From a virus (lineage: Duplodnaviria; Heunggongvirae; Uroviricota; Caudoviricetes): a DNA stretch of 51,781 bases. Positions 12,801 through 20,537 of the stretch are shown piece by piece (positions within the stretch are counted from its first letter, which is position 1; every line of letters begins with the position of its first letter). The notes under the pieces were generated by a model. It did no database searches. It worked only from the letters and a program-made list of their open reading frames with translations, and had not been told where the DNA came from. The stretch lies in IMG/VR virus record IMGVR_UViG_3300032050_000030. One strand, 5' to 3'. The translations under genes were made by a program, and so were the position numbers.

Positions 12801-13206
12801 GGGAGTATTGCTTTCTCTAGGATTTGTAGCTCCTGACGATGATGAGGATAAAGCAACTAAAAACTTCCACAGATATTCTCAAAAGGTGTTTAGTAAGTTT
12901 GCTGATGAACTTCTATTCTTCTACACCCCAAGTGGGATATCTGGAACCTTAAGTGGTGGAGTTTTTCCAGCACTAGGTCTTGCTGAGGACATTGGTAGGT
13001 TCACTAAACACTTTGCCATGGAAACTACAGGTATGGATTTAGATCCTCAAACATCTATAGAGGATGTTAGAAAGAAAGCTCAACCAATTAAAAATCTTAT
13101 GAAGGTGGCTCCTGTAACTAAGTCTTTGGTAACCTATCTTGCTATATTCAATGAAGATTTTGCTAAAGAATTTGATGTAACCATACAGAAAGAAAACAGA
13201 CGTTAA
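6865..13206 (+). CDS. Large polyvalent putative ejection/cargo protein (two degenerate zincin-like repeats, nucleotidyltransferase-like domain, PD-(D/E)xK nuclease domain, helical C-terminus)
   Basis: 2113 aa, TAATG-coupled to the RNAP gene. Motifs: EEAGH (7447-7461) and EETVH (8662-8676) repeats; LTGS...HDVDF (7915-7995); EVIVYD...AGTIDFLAIEPSGKAHILDWK (9541-9640); hydrophobic segments near the C-terminus. Confidence 0.7.
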   Translation: MSCIVTYNNQQMPEKEFIEKYIPKEGEIIEYDGIEYIVRDAGISGSQLLKGESQLAIYEDGEDAAAERLNALDSIPVYNLDPVGEATVVLGGIDPIFNIPLTALLQNGFTKTGRKVEIVTKGEDLLFQLNSKEIIEPAIQELDDFLLKFLKQFGVRSKEFDELKSRLGVDALGATDILNKLIWVTKNRNEETVPEEAGHMIVALMGENNSMIKELLFEIKNWHEYSDIEKTYMPIYNNEKQVKLEAIGKLIAKSLVRNYKASGLDKSLLEKMLDAIEKFIDSMFTNSNLVAAMQYNEKLADHIAINVLSGNTEYIGKLTTNTPKLDYKKALNGNPLAKTIIEFFTGKGAKLTGSIAIAGQGEDIYRSSEEPIHDVDFAVNSVQEFNDLEEELDKLNAVHYHFGWSNKQKDYTTYAYIIPAKGYTIKVYDRDHLRGNGWVTSYDVLDENGNIVKKTSKNHMAVDFFVYKDGLAKSDNSVFKSFSDIFFGKLTLSPIGNAERLFQREKDQEDYRLSKPRRIYQTGGEFKYLQTEEVPASRASAETLNKVKEAARKMGIDIQELADYAKGNPDMDTRGVNGLADLTRGIIALAEGKEGVALTEETVHIATAILEQTNPKLVTEMISKIDRFKIYKETLDKYKNNKNYQLPNGKPDIRKIKKEAVDKLITEVIINKNENIEQYPELREEINQSIVRNWWNTILDWIRGIYRKSNISLFEEAAAQIVAGEIGTVADITEGGVMFQLSDNQKTIQEKILATQDEIEKVVEDETKVEPVLLDSEEARNYYRRKKPDGTFETIKKRVTDRVKAWYKRKFGDKQFTPEEKKFNELKRDLGIQGHKDLEEIHGRYFHKDGTRRASPGPRPTKFSNLSEEMYDKLETYFTDLLKTLDPKTIVLSEVIVYDKKNKEAGTIDFLAIEPSGKAHILDWKFMHIKGDDVAWFKQGAFNIQLGTYKKMLRENYGIKEFGMTRAIPIAMEFKLKNPRDPKSGSYLGGIAIGSVDVSKIEDLRLVPISEETESTGFEALDEILRKMNGLLAQIGKEKVGDEEEREFKIERLNTLRKAIRLAQTTMNIAPLIDVIEVMRKEGDRILDDYNAIYKNRPARSSDSKNAELSDFADDMNNYIKLSDIFVNIGRKIGTLVYTPQMEAEVTTEEEKADVAQRKEVLRKLREESDAIYDSREAIKKATLDFADKHIGERNLVFGLLKAEKVLKGLASMFRGAADISLRSVEILTKLVNNAQSLATKDALSEVEQLMSIREKLAKRGGDLRKLVQQVYQKDDKGKIVNKLIYKYKKEFFSEVDKKAEDGGDKNWILQNIDVEAYKKEAEEKLKDQIKKIQGNRYAGTPEEEKATKERLIEEAKRKWDIDRIDFDGWKNHIIKRHPLAKWYSEEYKNLQKDPELMELYNFIVKFNKKAEDTGYISNQMSKIFLPFVRKSMAEELVWDNRLSVMDNFYKSIQLNPDDTGYGEFNEITGALENSIPKYYTKDFTFKDGVNDYSDVSEDLFKNLILYIQQVNKYKYLTDVEGQLKLVKTIEEFKSHLNTDRLGNVVYENGKPKEIEGNERNTKIYDDFLRVMLYDQKYVIDDSDLPFNIGKVLNFVKDGVNKVAGREVWKKDEDPKPSSLIKTIDAANRAFQLKTLGFDFISGAVNMFGGNIQLSTQAGNYFKAREFAKNEAKLTFQRFDSNEDKEMFVQLINTFMPLKDDPSYKMYKQAGMSKLTQGNLSDTLMFFMRQPEILIEKSVFLTLLQNSMVVNGQIVNIREHVRNKYKGRYDSAASYNAVKDDIENEINELKRTKSIDKTKKLVDGKLEIPGLNLNNIEELQRLTNLSRRIAANATGSMTKENINRMSMSVWTKSMMVFKNWIPKLIDTRFGEFRKVVDDFSVRVTDDGFIEGQKYDIGRIRLLTHVLGDGIITGAANLKNILYLNDAGLERLDQMFEEFREKYERETGETLNISREDFIDLIRTNLRNQVKELAILVSLMGVLLSLGFVAPDDDEDKATKNFHRYSQKVFSKFADELLFFYTPSGISGTLSGGVFPALGLAEDIGRFTKHFAMETTGMDLDPQTSIEDVRKKAQPIKNLMKVAPVTKSLVTYLAIFNEDFAKEFDVTIQKENRR

Positions 13207-13208
13207 TA

Positions 13209-13224
13209 GCTATATTATGTCCAA
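13209..13224 (+). promoter_or_regulatory. Copy 1 of 16-bp intergenic motif GCTATATTATGYCCAA
   Basis: gctatattatgtccaa; 15/16 identical to 27107-27122. Confidence 0.45.
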
Positions 13225-13236
13225 AATTTTATATAA

Positions 13237-13270
13237 CTCATTGTAAATCATTTAGAAACAATTAAATTTG
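13237..13270 (+). promoter_or_regulatory. Bacteroidota-type promoter (CTCATTG-N19-TAAATTTG)
   Basis: TAnnTTTG -7 element at 13263-13270, ATG 5 nt downstream. Upstream ctcattgtaaatca matches ctcattgctaatca at 30180 with identical spacing. Confidence 0.65.
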
Positions 13271-13275
13271 CAACC

Positions 13276-13503
13276 ATGCGTGTCGCTGTAATTTGCCCAA
13301 CTTGTGCAACAAACATTAATTCAGTTTGCGTCATTTATGATGGCGAATATCTGGAAAATCTAGATGTATCCCCTGGAGACACTTTAGAAGATATTCTCAA
13401 GAAAATAAATGATAGCTGTGCCTGTGTGCCTCCTACAACTACCACTACTAGTACAAGTAGTAGTACCAGCACAACAACAACTACCACCACTTCTCCTTTA
13501 TAA
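13276..13503 (+). CDS. Module-A stub protein with poly-Thr/Ser tail
   Basis: CPTCATNINSVCVIYDGEYL...DTLEDILKKIN resembles the N-termini of 13514 and 20538; ends TTTTTSTSSSTSTTTTTTTSPL. Confidence 0.75.
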   Translation: MRVAVICPTCATNINSVCVIYDGEYLENLDVSPGDTLEDILKKINDSCACVPPTTTTTSTSSSTSTTTTTTTSPL

Positions 13504-13513
13504 TAATATATAG

Positions 13514-16500
13514 ATGAACGTTAATTGTGGAGCTACCCCCTGTCCAGTTATACTGAATAGCACCTGCGTATTTTACGAAGGTGCTAATCTAGTTTATACA
13601 GGTATCAACACCAATGATAATCTGGAAACTGCTCTTGAGAAGATAGATGCAGCTTTCCAATCATCAGGATTAATATACGTATTTGATAACGGTATAGTTC
13701 AGCTCCCTTCTCAGCCTGTAAAGTTGGGAGGAAGTTTAATTGAAAACACTACTATTAATAGTAGTGGATATTTGTTTAAACTAACGGGAACAATTGAGTC
13801 TGCTGCTTTCAGAACAACTGGAGGCACAGCTTCTCAATTTGTCAGGGGAGATGGTACACTTGGTAATATTCCTATTGCTACAAGTGGTACCTCTGGCTCT
13901 AGTGGTAGTAGTGGAACTAGAGGTACGTCTGGTACCACAGGTACATCTGGTACTAGTGGATCAAGTGGTGCTCCTGGAACACATGGTACGTCTGGAACAT
14001 CTGGTTCTTCTGGAACTAGAGGAACCTCTGGCACTTCAGGGACAAGTGGTACTAGTGGACTTAATGGCACTAATGGTAGCAATGGTACATCAGGTACTAG
14101 TGGCGTAGATGGTATTATAGGATCAAATGGTTCCTCTGGATCTAGTGGAACATCTGGTACAGATGGGGCTGGTTCGGACCCAATGAACTATGTAACTGTT
14201 GGTCTACCTGGAAGTATAGGTGTTGACTTTAATTCTGTAGAAGCTGCAGTTAATAGTATCACTACAGCTACAGCAAGTAGTCCTTGGACAGTTAAGGTAT
14301 ATCCTGGACTCTATATAGAGAATACTATTACAATGAAGTCTTGGATTAGTGTTAAAGGTGAAAGTCACACTACCACTGTTATCCAAGCAAGTAATCCGAA
14401 TAATCCTGTGTTTGTAATGGCGGATCAGTCTCTTGTGATTGATGTGCAGATACAAGGATCAACAGGAACTGGTGCAGCTGCTGTTGTATATTCTTCCCCA
14501 ACCACTCCTCAGACAAATGCAATTGCTTACGTAGAGAACGTAAGATTTGGTGCTAACTACACCCACGCAAAGGTGATCGGTGTACCTGGTGGTAACTGTA
14601 TATTACAATGTTCCAACGTTAAATATGGCGGTTATCCATTCACTGTAGGTTTCCATGTAACGAATAGCGGTGGTGGTATTGGTAGGATGCAGTTGAGAAA
14701 CGTAACTTCCACCAATGGTGGCGTTGTTACCACTGCAGGATTGATATTTGCTTTGGCAGATCAGCCAGGTTGTACATTTATTGTAAACGGATGTTTACTT
14801 ACAAAAGCAGTAGGTGCTCCTGCTGGTACAGGTTTCTGGGTTGAGAACGGTGGTTCTCTACGTCTTACAGCTGTAAACTTCCAGAGATGGGCAACAGCAA
14901 TTTATGCTCCTAATGTGGGATCAGCTCCAAGTATATTTGGATCTGCCCTCAACTTTGAAAACAATACAAAAGACGTTGTTGTACAACATCCTACAGCAAC
15001 TGGTCATATAGAAGGTACAGATTCATTCCTTAAAACAGAAATTCCCATCCCTGCTCCTCTGTATGAGGTGAATACAGATCCTAGGGTGATCACGGTGGGA
15101 ACAAAGGGTGCTGACTTCACATCAATTAAAGCTGCTGTTGACTGGATCACTGGATCAAGTGCAAGTAATAGGTTTGTTGTACAGGTGGGTCCTGGTCAGT
15201 TTTTTGAAGATGAGATTGATCTAACATCCAAACCATACGTAAGTATTGTTGGTAGTAACATTCAGACAACACAGATATTCCCTAATTCTGCTACACAACA
15301 TCTTATCAGGATAGGTCAGAATAACGAGGTTTCGTTTTTGAGTTTGGCAAATGCTCCTGCTGGATATGCTGCTATATATTGTGATGATATTGGTGACTTT
15401 GCTCAAGCGCACAAGGTGTCATTCTACAATTGTGACACTGGTGTATGGATTAAATCTTCTACACAAGACACAGTGTTCTTTGGTGAATATCTGGACATGA
15501 ATGAGGTGTTCAGTTATGGTGTTAAGGTGGAGGCTACAAATGGATTTTTTGCTACAGCCAACCTAGAGAACTACTATCTGTTTCCTGTTGGAGCAGGTGC
15601 TGCCATTGGTACATATGCTTCAGGATCAGGTGCTGAACTATCTATGTACACTTGTTCCTTTGCAGGAGAAGGAGCTACAGGTTCTGTGTGTATTCAGCTG
15701 CAAGATGGTGCTGATCTAGAGACAGCTGGACTAGATATTCCTGATTGGGATTATGGTATACAAGTATTGAATGTGGGCAATCCATGTTCTTTTAAGGTTG
15801 TAGGTAGCATGATTCATAATTCCAGCACTTATGACATTGATGTACAAGACACATTATGTATAGGCAGATTCCAGGGTGTGTCTGATCATACTAAGATAAA
15901 TAATCAAAGTAATAATTTCTTCTGGAACTTCTTGGATGATACAGATGGTGAGAATGATATTACAAGAAAACTATCTGTAACATTTCAAGATGGAACACAT
16001 ACAGATGCATCAACACTCATATTCAACGGTAGTCCTATGGGACTTATGGATGGAGGTAATATCACTGTTGTAAGTGGACTACAAATACTAGTAGATGCAG
16101 GATATGGTTATCTGGAAGATTCAATTTCTCCAGATATATATAAAAGAATAGATTGGACAAATACCAACCTAACACTATCTGCAAATACAGACAATTATAT
16201 ATACATTAACGACAGTGCTATATTGTCTGCTTCTGGTACACCACCAAGCAGCTTGACAAATATTATCCTTGGTAGAGTGGTGACAAATTCCACTACAATT
16301 GAGCTCATAGATGACTCTCCTTACCAAGCAGATCACATGTCTAATAAGCTTTCTACATTCAATAGAAATGCCCTTGGATCTGTATATGTTTCAGGATCTT
16401 CTGTAGCAGAGAATGTTACACCATTCAGACTAGATGTTGGTTCAGGTAATTATTATTTCTCTGAAAACAACTTCCTTCCTTCAGGTGGAACAGCAATTAC

Positions 16501-18937
16501 ATTTAATCAGTATTATAGAGATGGTGGAACTGGTTGGACTATAAGTTCTACGAACACAGTTAATAATACACAATACGATAATGGTACAGGAACGCTTGCT
16601 TCCCTGACAGCATTGTATTATACTAAACATACACTGTATGTTGTAGGTCAGGGAGCTAATGAAAAATACTTCCTTGTACTTGGACAAGCTGAATATTCTA
16701 CACTTGTAGCAGCGGAAGGTGCTGATTTGCCTACACCTCCTACATATTTTACAGATGGTGTAGTTCCCATTGCATCCATATATATTCAGCAGGGAGACAC
16801 AAATATTGTACAGATTGAGGATATTCGCCCAGTGATTGGTTTCAAAGCTAGTGGTGTATCTGCTACAGCTGTACATGGAAACCTTTTGGGTTTAGCTGCT
16901 GATGACCACATTCAATATCTCCTTGTAGATGGAACCAGACAAATGTCTGGTGATCTTGGACTAGGAGGTAATGATATATTCAATGCATCTAACATAACTG
17001 CTTCTGCTCTCACAGATACCAATACACTTAAGATTAGTGGTATTACAAACGATGAGCTACAAACAAGAGTTGTTGTTGTAGACTCTTCTGGTAATACATA
17101 TTATAAAACTTCAGGAGTGGGGGGCACTGGAGGTACATCTGGTACTAGTGGTAGTTCTGGTACTACAGGTACCAGTGGAACTAGCGGTACTGATGGTAGT
17201 TCTGGGACATCTGGTAGCTCTGGTAGTAGTGGATCAAGTGGTACTGATGGAATAAATGGCACTAATGGTACCTCAGGTACTACAGGTACATCGGGCTCTT
17301 CAGGAACCACAGGTACATCAGGAACCAGTGGAAGTAGTGGTTCTAGTGGAATTAACGGAACCAATGGTACGTCTGGAACTAGTGGGGTGGATGGAACAAA
17401 CGGTACTTCAGGAAGCAGTGGTTCTAGTGGAACAACAGGAACTAGCGGCACAACAGGAACTAGTGGTACGTCTGGTATTAACGGTACTAATGGAACTAGT
17501 GGTACATCAGGAATCAATGGTACAAACGGAACCTCAGGCACCACTGGTACTTCAGGAACTACAGGAACCTCTGGCACATCAGGCAGCTCTGGATCATCTG
17601 GTATAAATGGTGTTAATGGTACAAACGGTACTAGTGGAACCAGCGGATCGTCTGGTATAAATGGAACCAATGGCACTTCAGGTACCACTGGAACAAGTGG
17701 AACAAGTGGTGTTAACGGTACCAACGGTACATCTGGTACCACAGGTACAAGTGGAACTTCTGGTCAGAATGGAGTAAATGGTACAAATGGAACTAGTGGC
17801 ACTAGTGGCACAACAGGTACCTCAGGTACAAGTGGTGTTTCTGTGAATGGCACCAATGGTACTAGTGGTACTAGTGGGACCAGTGGTACAGATGGTGTTG
17901 CAGGAACTAACGGAACCAGTGGGACAAGTGGTATTAATGGTACGAATGGTACCAGTGGGACAAGTGGAACAACTGGTACGTCTGGTACAAGTGGAAGCTC
18001 TGGCATAAATGGAACTAACGGTACATCAGGAACTAGTGGTACAACTGGTACATCTGGCACTAGCGGTTCTAGTGGCATTAATGGTGTAAACGGAACCAAT
18101 GGAACTTCTGGTACAACTGGCACAAGTGGTACGAGTGGTACAAGTGGTATACAGGGCACTAATGGTACATCTGGCACCAGTGGCACTAGTGGAATAAACG
18201 GAGCAAATGGTACCAATGGTACATCTGGAACATCTGGTAGTAGTGGATCTAGTGGTGTAGATGGTTCTTTTCTTGGAACTAATGGTACAAGCGGAACAAG
18301 TGGAACCAGCGGTGTGAATGGTGTTATAGGATCTAACGGTTCTTCTGGCTCTTCTGGAACTTCTGGTACAAGTGGTGTAGATGGTATTGTAGGAAGTAAT
18401 GGAACAAGTGGTACTAGTGGTACATCAGGTATATCACCAACAGGTCAAATTATATTAACAGCAGCTGGTAGCTGGCCTTCAATAACATCGGGTGCTAACT
18501 CTCCAATACAAAGTGAAACAATAACAAATGACGTTAACTTTTATTATGTAGGATTTGCAGATGTTGTTACATCGTATTGTAACTGGGCATTAGCTATGCC
18601 TTCAGATTATAATGGAGGCACTATAACAGCTGTGTTCTATTGGGTGGCAGGTGTAGCATCAACAAATAGTGTTGTTTGGGGGTTATCAGCTAGAGCATTT
18701 GCTGACAACCAAGCTTTGGATCAAGCATTTGGTACTGTACAAACTGTAACAGATGCTAATCAGGGAAACGATATAGTAAATATATCAGCAGCAACACCAG
18801 CTATTACAATTGGGGGAACACCAGCTGCAGGTAACTATGTACAATTTAGAGCGGAAAGACAAGGTGGTGCTGGTGGTGATACATTAGCAGCAATAGCAGA
18901 ATTATTACAAATAAGAATAACCTACACAAGAGCTTAA
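13514..18937 (+). CDS. Long fibre/tailspike-like protein: module A, G-T-S repeats, two beta-helix-like domains
   Basis: 1807 aa. Two pectin-lyase-like caps (DFNSVEAAV...VKVYPGLY; DFTSIKAAV...VQVGPGQF) and long G-x-x repeat tracts. Located downstream of the ejection proteins. Confidence 0.75.
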   Translation: MNVNCGATPCPVILNSTCVFYEGANLVYTGINTNDNLETALEKIDAAFQSSGLIYVFDNGIVQLPSQPVKLGGSLIENTTINSSGYLFKLTGTIESAAFRTTGGTASQFVRGDGTLGNIPIATSGTSGSSGSSGTRGTSGTTGTSGTSGSSGAPGTHGTSGTSGSSGTRGTSGTSGTSGTSGLNGTNGSNGTSGTSGVDGIIGSNGSSGSSGTSGTDGAGSDPMNYVTVGLPGSIGVDFNSVEAAVNSITTATASSPWTVKVYPGLYIENTITMKSWISVKGESHTTTVIQASNPNNPVFVMADQSLVIDVQIQGSTGTGAAAVVYSSPTTPQTNAIAYVENVRFGANYTHAKVIGVPGGNCILQCSNVKYGGYPFTVGFHVTNSGGGIGRMQLRNVTSTNGGVVTTAGLIFALADQPGCTFIVNGCLLTKAVGAPAGTGFWVENGGSLRLTAVNFQRWATAIYAPNVGSAPSIFGSALNFENNTKDVVVQHPTATGHIEGTDSFLKTEIPIPAPLYEVNTDPRVITVGTKGADFTSIKAAVDWITGSSASNRFVVQVGPGQFFEDEIDLTSKPYVSIVGSNIQTTQIFPNSATQHLIRIGQNNEVSFLSLANAPAGYAAIYCDDIGDFAQAHKVSFYNCDTGVWIKSSTQDTVFFGEYLDMNEVFSYGVKVEATNGFFATANLENYYLFPVGAGAAIGTYASGSGAELSMYTCSFAGEGATGSVCIQLQDGADLETAGLDIPDWDYGIQVLNVGNPCSFKVVGSMIHNSSTYDIDVQDTLCIGRFQGVSDHTKINNQSNNFFWNFLDDTDGENDITRKLSVTFQDGTHTDASTLIFNGSPMGLMDGGNITVVSGLQILVDAGYGYLEDSISPDIYKRIDWTNTNLTLSANTDNYIYINDSAILSASGTPPSSLTNIILGRVVTNSTTIELIDDSPYQADHMSNKLSTFNRNALGSVYVSGSSVAENVTPFRLDVGSGNYYFSENNFLPSGGTAITFNQYYRDGGTGWTISSTNTVNNTQYDNGTGTLASLTALYYTKHTLYVVGQGANEKYFLVLGQAEYSTLVAAEGADLPTPPTYFTDGVVPIASIYIQQGDTNIVQIEDIRPVIGFKASGVSATAVHGNLLGLAADDHIQYLLVDGTRQMSGDLGLGGNDIFNASNITASALTDTNTLKISGITNDELQTRVVVVDSSGNTYYKTSGVGGTGGTSGTSGSSGTTGTSGTSGTDGSSGTSGSSGSSGSSGTDGINGTNGTSGTTGTSGSSGTTGTSGTSGSSGSSGINGTNGTSGTSGVDGTNGTSGSSGSSGTTGTSGTTGTSGTSGINGTNGTSGTSGINGTNGTSGTTGTSGTTGTSGTSGSSGSSGINGVNGTNGTSGTSGSSGINGTNGTSGTTGTSGTSGVNGTNGTSGTTGTSGTSGQNGVNGTNGTSGTSGTTGTSGTSGVSVNGTNGTSGTSGTSGTDGVAGTNGTSGTSGINGTNGTSGTSGTTGTSGTSGSSGINGTNGTSGTSGTTGTSGTSGSSGINGVNGTNGTSGTTGTSGTSGTSGIQGTNGTSGTSGTSGINGANGTNGTSGTSGSSGSSGVDGSFLGTNGTSGTSGTSGVNGVIGSNGSSGSSGTSGTSGVDGIVGSNGTSGTSGTSGISPTGQIILTAAGSWPSITSGANSPIQSETITNDVNFYYVGFADVVTSYCNWALAMPSDYNGGTITAVFYWVAGVASTNSVVWGLSARAFADNQALDQAFGTVQTVTDANQGNDIVNISAATPAITIGGTPAAGNYVQFRAERQGGAGGDTLAAIAELLQIRITYTRA
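13878..14170 (+). repeat. Short Gly-X-X (GTS/GSS/GTN) repeat tract
   Basis: TSGTSGSSGSSGTRGTSGTTG...; Gly at nearly every third residue, synonymous codons vary. Confidence 0.9.
17110..18432 (+). repeat. Long Gly-X-X (GTS/GTT/GTN/GIN) repeat tract, about 440 aa
   Basis: Nearly continuous G-x-x periodicity without Pro; degenerate at DNA level. Confidence 0.9.
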
Positions 18938-18941
18938 TAGT

Positions 18942-20237
18942 ATGCTAAATTTTGCACATGGAGCAGTTCAATGGTTAACAACACAGGCATTGAACACAAC
19001 AATACCTGTCACAGGATTAGGTTTCATTCCTAAAGCAATTAGATTCTATTGGGTGGGTTTGCAATCGAACTCTCCAACAAACCTAAATTCAGAAGCAGTG
19101 AATGAAAGAAGGGGTGTTGGATTTGCTTCAAGTACAACATCAAGAGCATGTGTGGGCACATCTTCAATAGATAACTCAGCTGCTGCTGACTGTGGATCTA
19201 TTTGGTCAAACACACAATGTGTCATCACAGTGGATGCCCTTACAGGTGCTAAAGATGGAGCTTTGGATATTAGTAGTATAGACACAGATGGATTTACATT
19301 AATTGTTGATGACGTAACCCCTGCTAACATAACTGTATTTTGGGAAGCATGGGGTGGGGATGATATAAGAAATGTAACAATAGGAGAAATAGCAGAACCA
19401 GCAGCAACTGGTATACAGACCTACACAGCCACTGGTTTTCAGGTATCAGCTAGCCAAGCATATCAAGATCAATGTGTAATGTTTGCTGGTGTACAAGCAG
19501 TGAGTGCCACTGATGTTGGTGAACAACAAGATTCTGGGCTACATGTAGGATTTCTTACTAGGAATGCGACAGATAATAATATTACAGTGTGTGGAAATTC
19601 TGATGATGCTTCAGCAACAATGGACACTGATGGATATAACTTTACAGGTGATTGTATATCCATGATTGTTATTGCTGGTGGAAACCCTAATGCAAGGGCT
19701 TCTCTCAGTTCTTGGAATAATAATACATTTCAATTAAACTGGTCACTTCGTACTACAACAAACCGTAGAAGCATCTATATGGCAATTAAAGGAGGATATT
19801 GGCAGGCTGGATCTATAACAATAGCAGGTAACACGCTTAACTCAACAGCCACAATAAGTGGGGTTCCTTTTAATATAAAAGGAGTTTCTTTAATAGGTGC
19901 TATGAAAACCATAAGTACAGCAGGCACATCCACTGTTCAAGACAGAATTGGATTTGGATCAGGAGTATCACCAACATCTAGAAACTCAGCTGCTGTATTA
20001 GATGAGAATGGTACTGCTAACGCTGAAATTGATTTAAGTGTGTATTATGATCAGGTGTTAGTATATCCAAGTGTCACTGGTACACTGCAAACAGCTTATG
20101 ATATAAGTAGTTTAAGTGCTAATAGTTTAACATTAACAACAGATACAGCAGGTGGTGTTGCAAATGAATGGATTGGATATCTAATATTTGGCGATTTAAA
20201 AAGACCTGTTTCTGTAGGACATCCATTTATAGCTTAA
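18942..20237 (+). CDS. Putative fibre-associated structural protein (431 aa)
   Basis: Thr/Ser/Gly-rich; weak internal repeats (TGLGFIPKAI / TATGFQV / SGVPFNIKGV); follows the fibre gene. Confidence 0.55.
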   Translation: MLNFAHGAVQWLTTQALNTTIPVTGLGFIPKAIRFYWVGLQSNSPTNLNSEAVNERRGVGFASSTTSRACVGTSSIDNSAAADCGSIWSNTQCVITVDALTGAKDGALDISSIDTDGFTLIVDDVTPANITVFWEAWGGDDIRNVTIGEIAEPAATGIQTYTATGFQVSASQAYQDQCVMFAGVQAVSATDVGEQQDSGLHVGFLTRNATDNNITVCGNSDDASATMDTDGYNFTGDCISMIVIAGGNPNARASLSSWNNNTFQLNWSLRTTTNRRSIYMAIKGGYWQAGSITIAGNTLNSTATISGVPFNIKGVSLIGAMKTISTAGTSTVQDRIGFGSGVSPTSRNSAAVLDENGTANAEIDLSVYYDQVLVYPSVTGTLQTAYDISSLSANSLTLTTDTAGGVANEWIGYLIFGDLKRPVSVGHPFIA

Positions 20238-20240
20238 TTT

Positions 20241-20510
20241 ATGTCATATATTTTTACACATATAAGCACAGATATATTAGATCCTGATATACATGGGTCA
20301 GATAAAGAAGTAACTTTTAAGTGTGAGAACTTTCTATACTATGCTCGCTGTTTTGAAGGACAGTTGCAATATGTAAAAGGGGAAAGACCTGATTCTTACC
20401 TAAATTGGCCAACACCTCCAACAGAAGCAGAGATAGATGCTCACCATGAACGTAGAAAAATATTCAATCAAGACCATTCTATAGTGCAAGGTTGGATTGA
20501 TAGTTTATAA
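20241..20510 (+). CDS. Hypothetical protein (89 aa)
   Basis: ORF 3 nt after the previous stop. Confidence 0.55.
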   Translation: MSYIFTHISTDILDPDIHGSDKEVTFKCENFLYYARCFEGQLQYVKGERPDSYLNWPTPPTEAEIDAHHERRKIFNQDHSIVQGWIDSL

Positions 20511-20537
20511 AATGTTTTAATTTTAAAATAATAAAAA

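Noticed and set aside
17101-18216. Antisense ORFs rich in VPLVP/VPEVP (also 13834-14082) and off-frame + ORFs 13794 and 17256
   Set aside because: Shadows of the G-T-S codon repeat, which lacks stops in other frames; no independent start signals.
17110-18432. Possible CRISPR array or DNA satellite
   Set aside because: No constant repeat with unique spacers; the repetition is at amino-acid level with varied codons.
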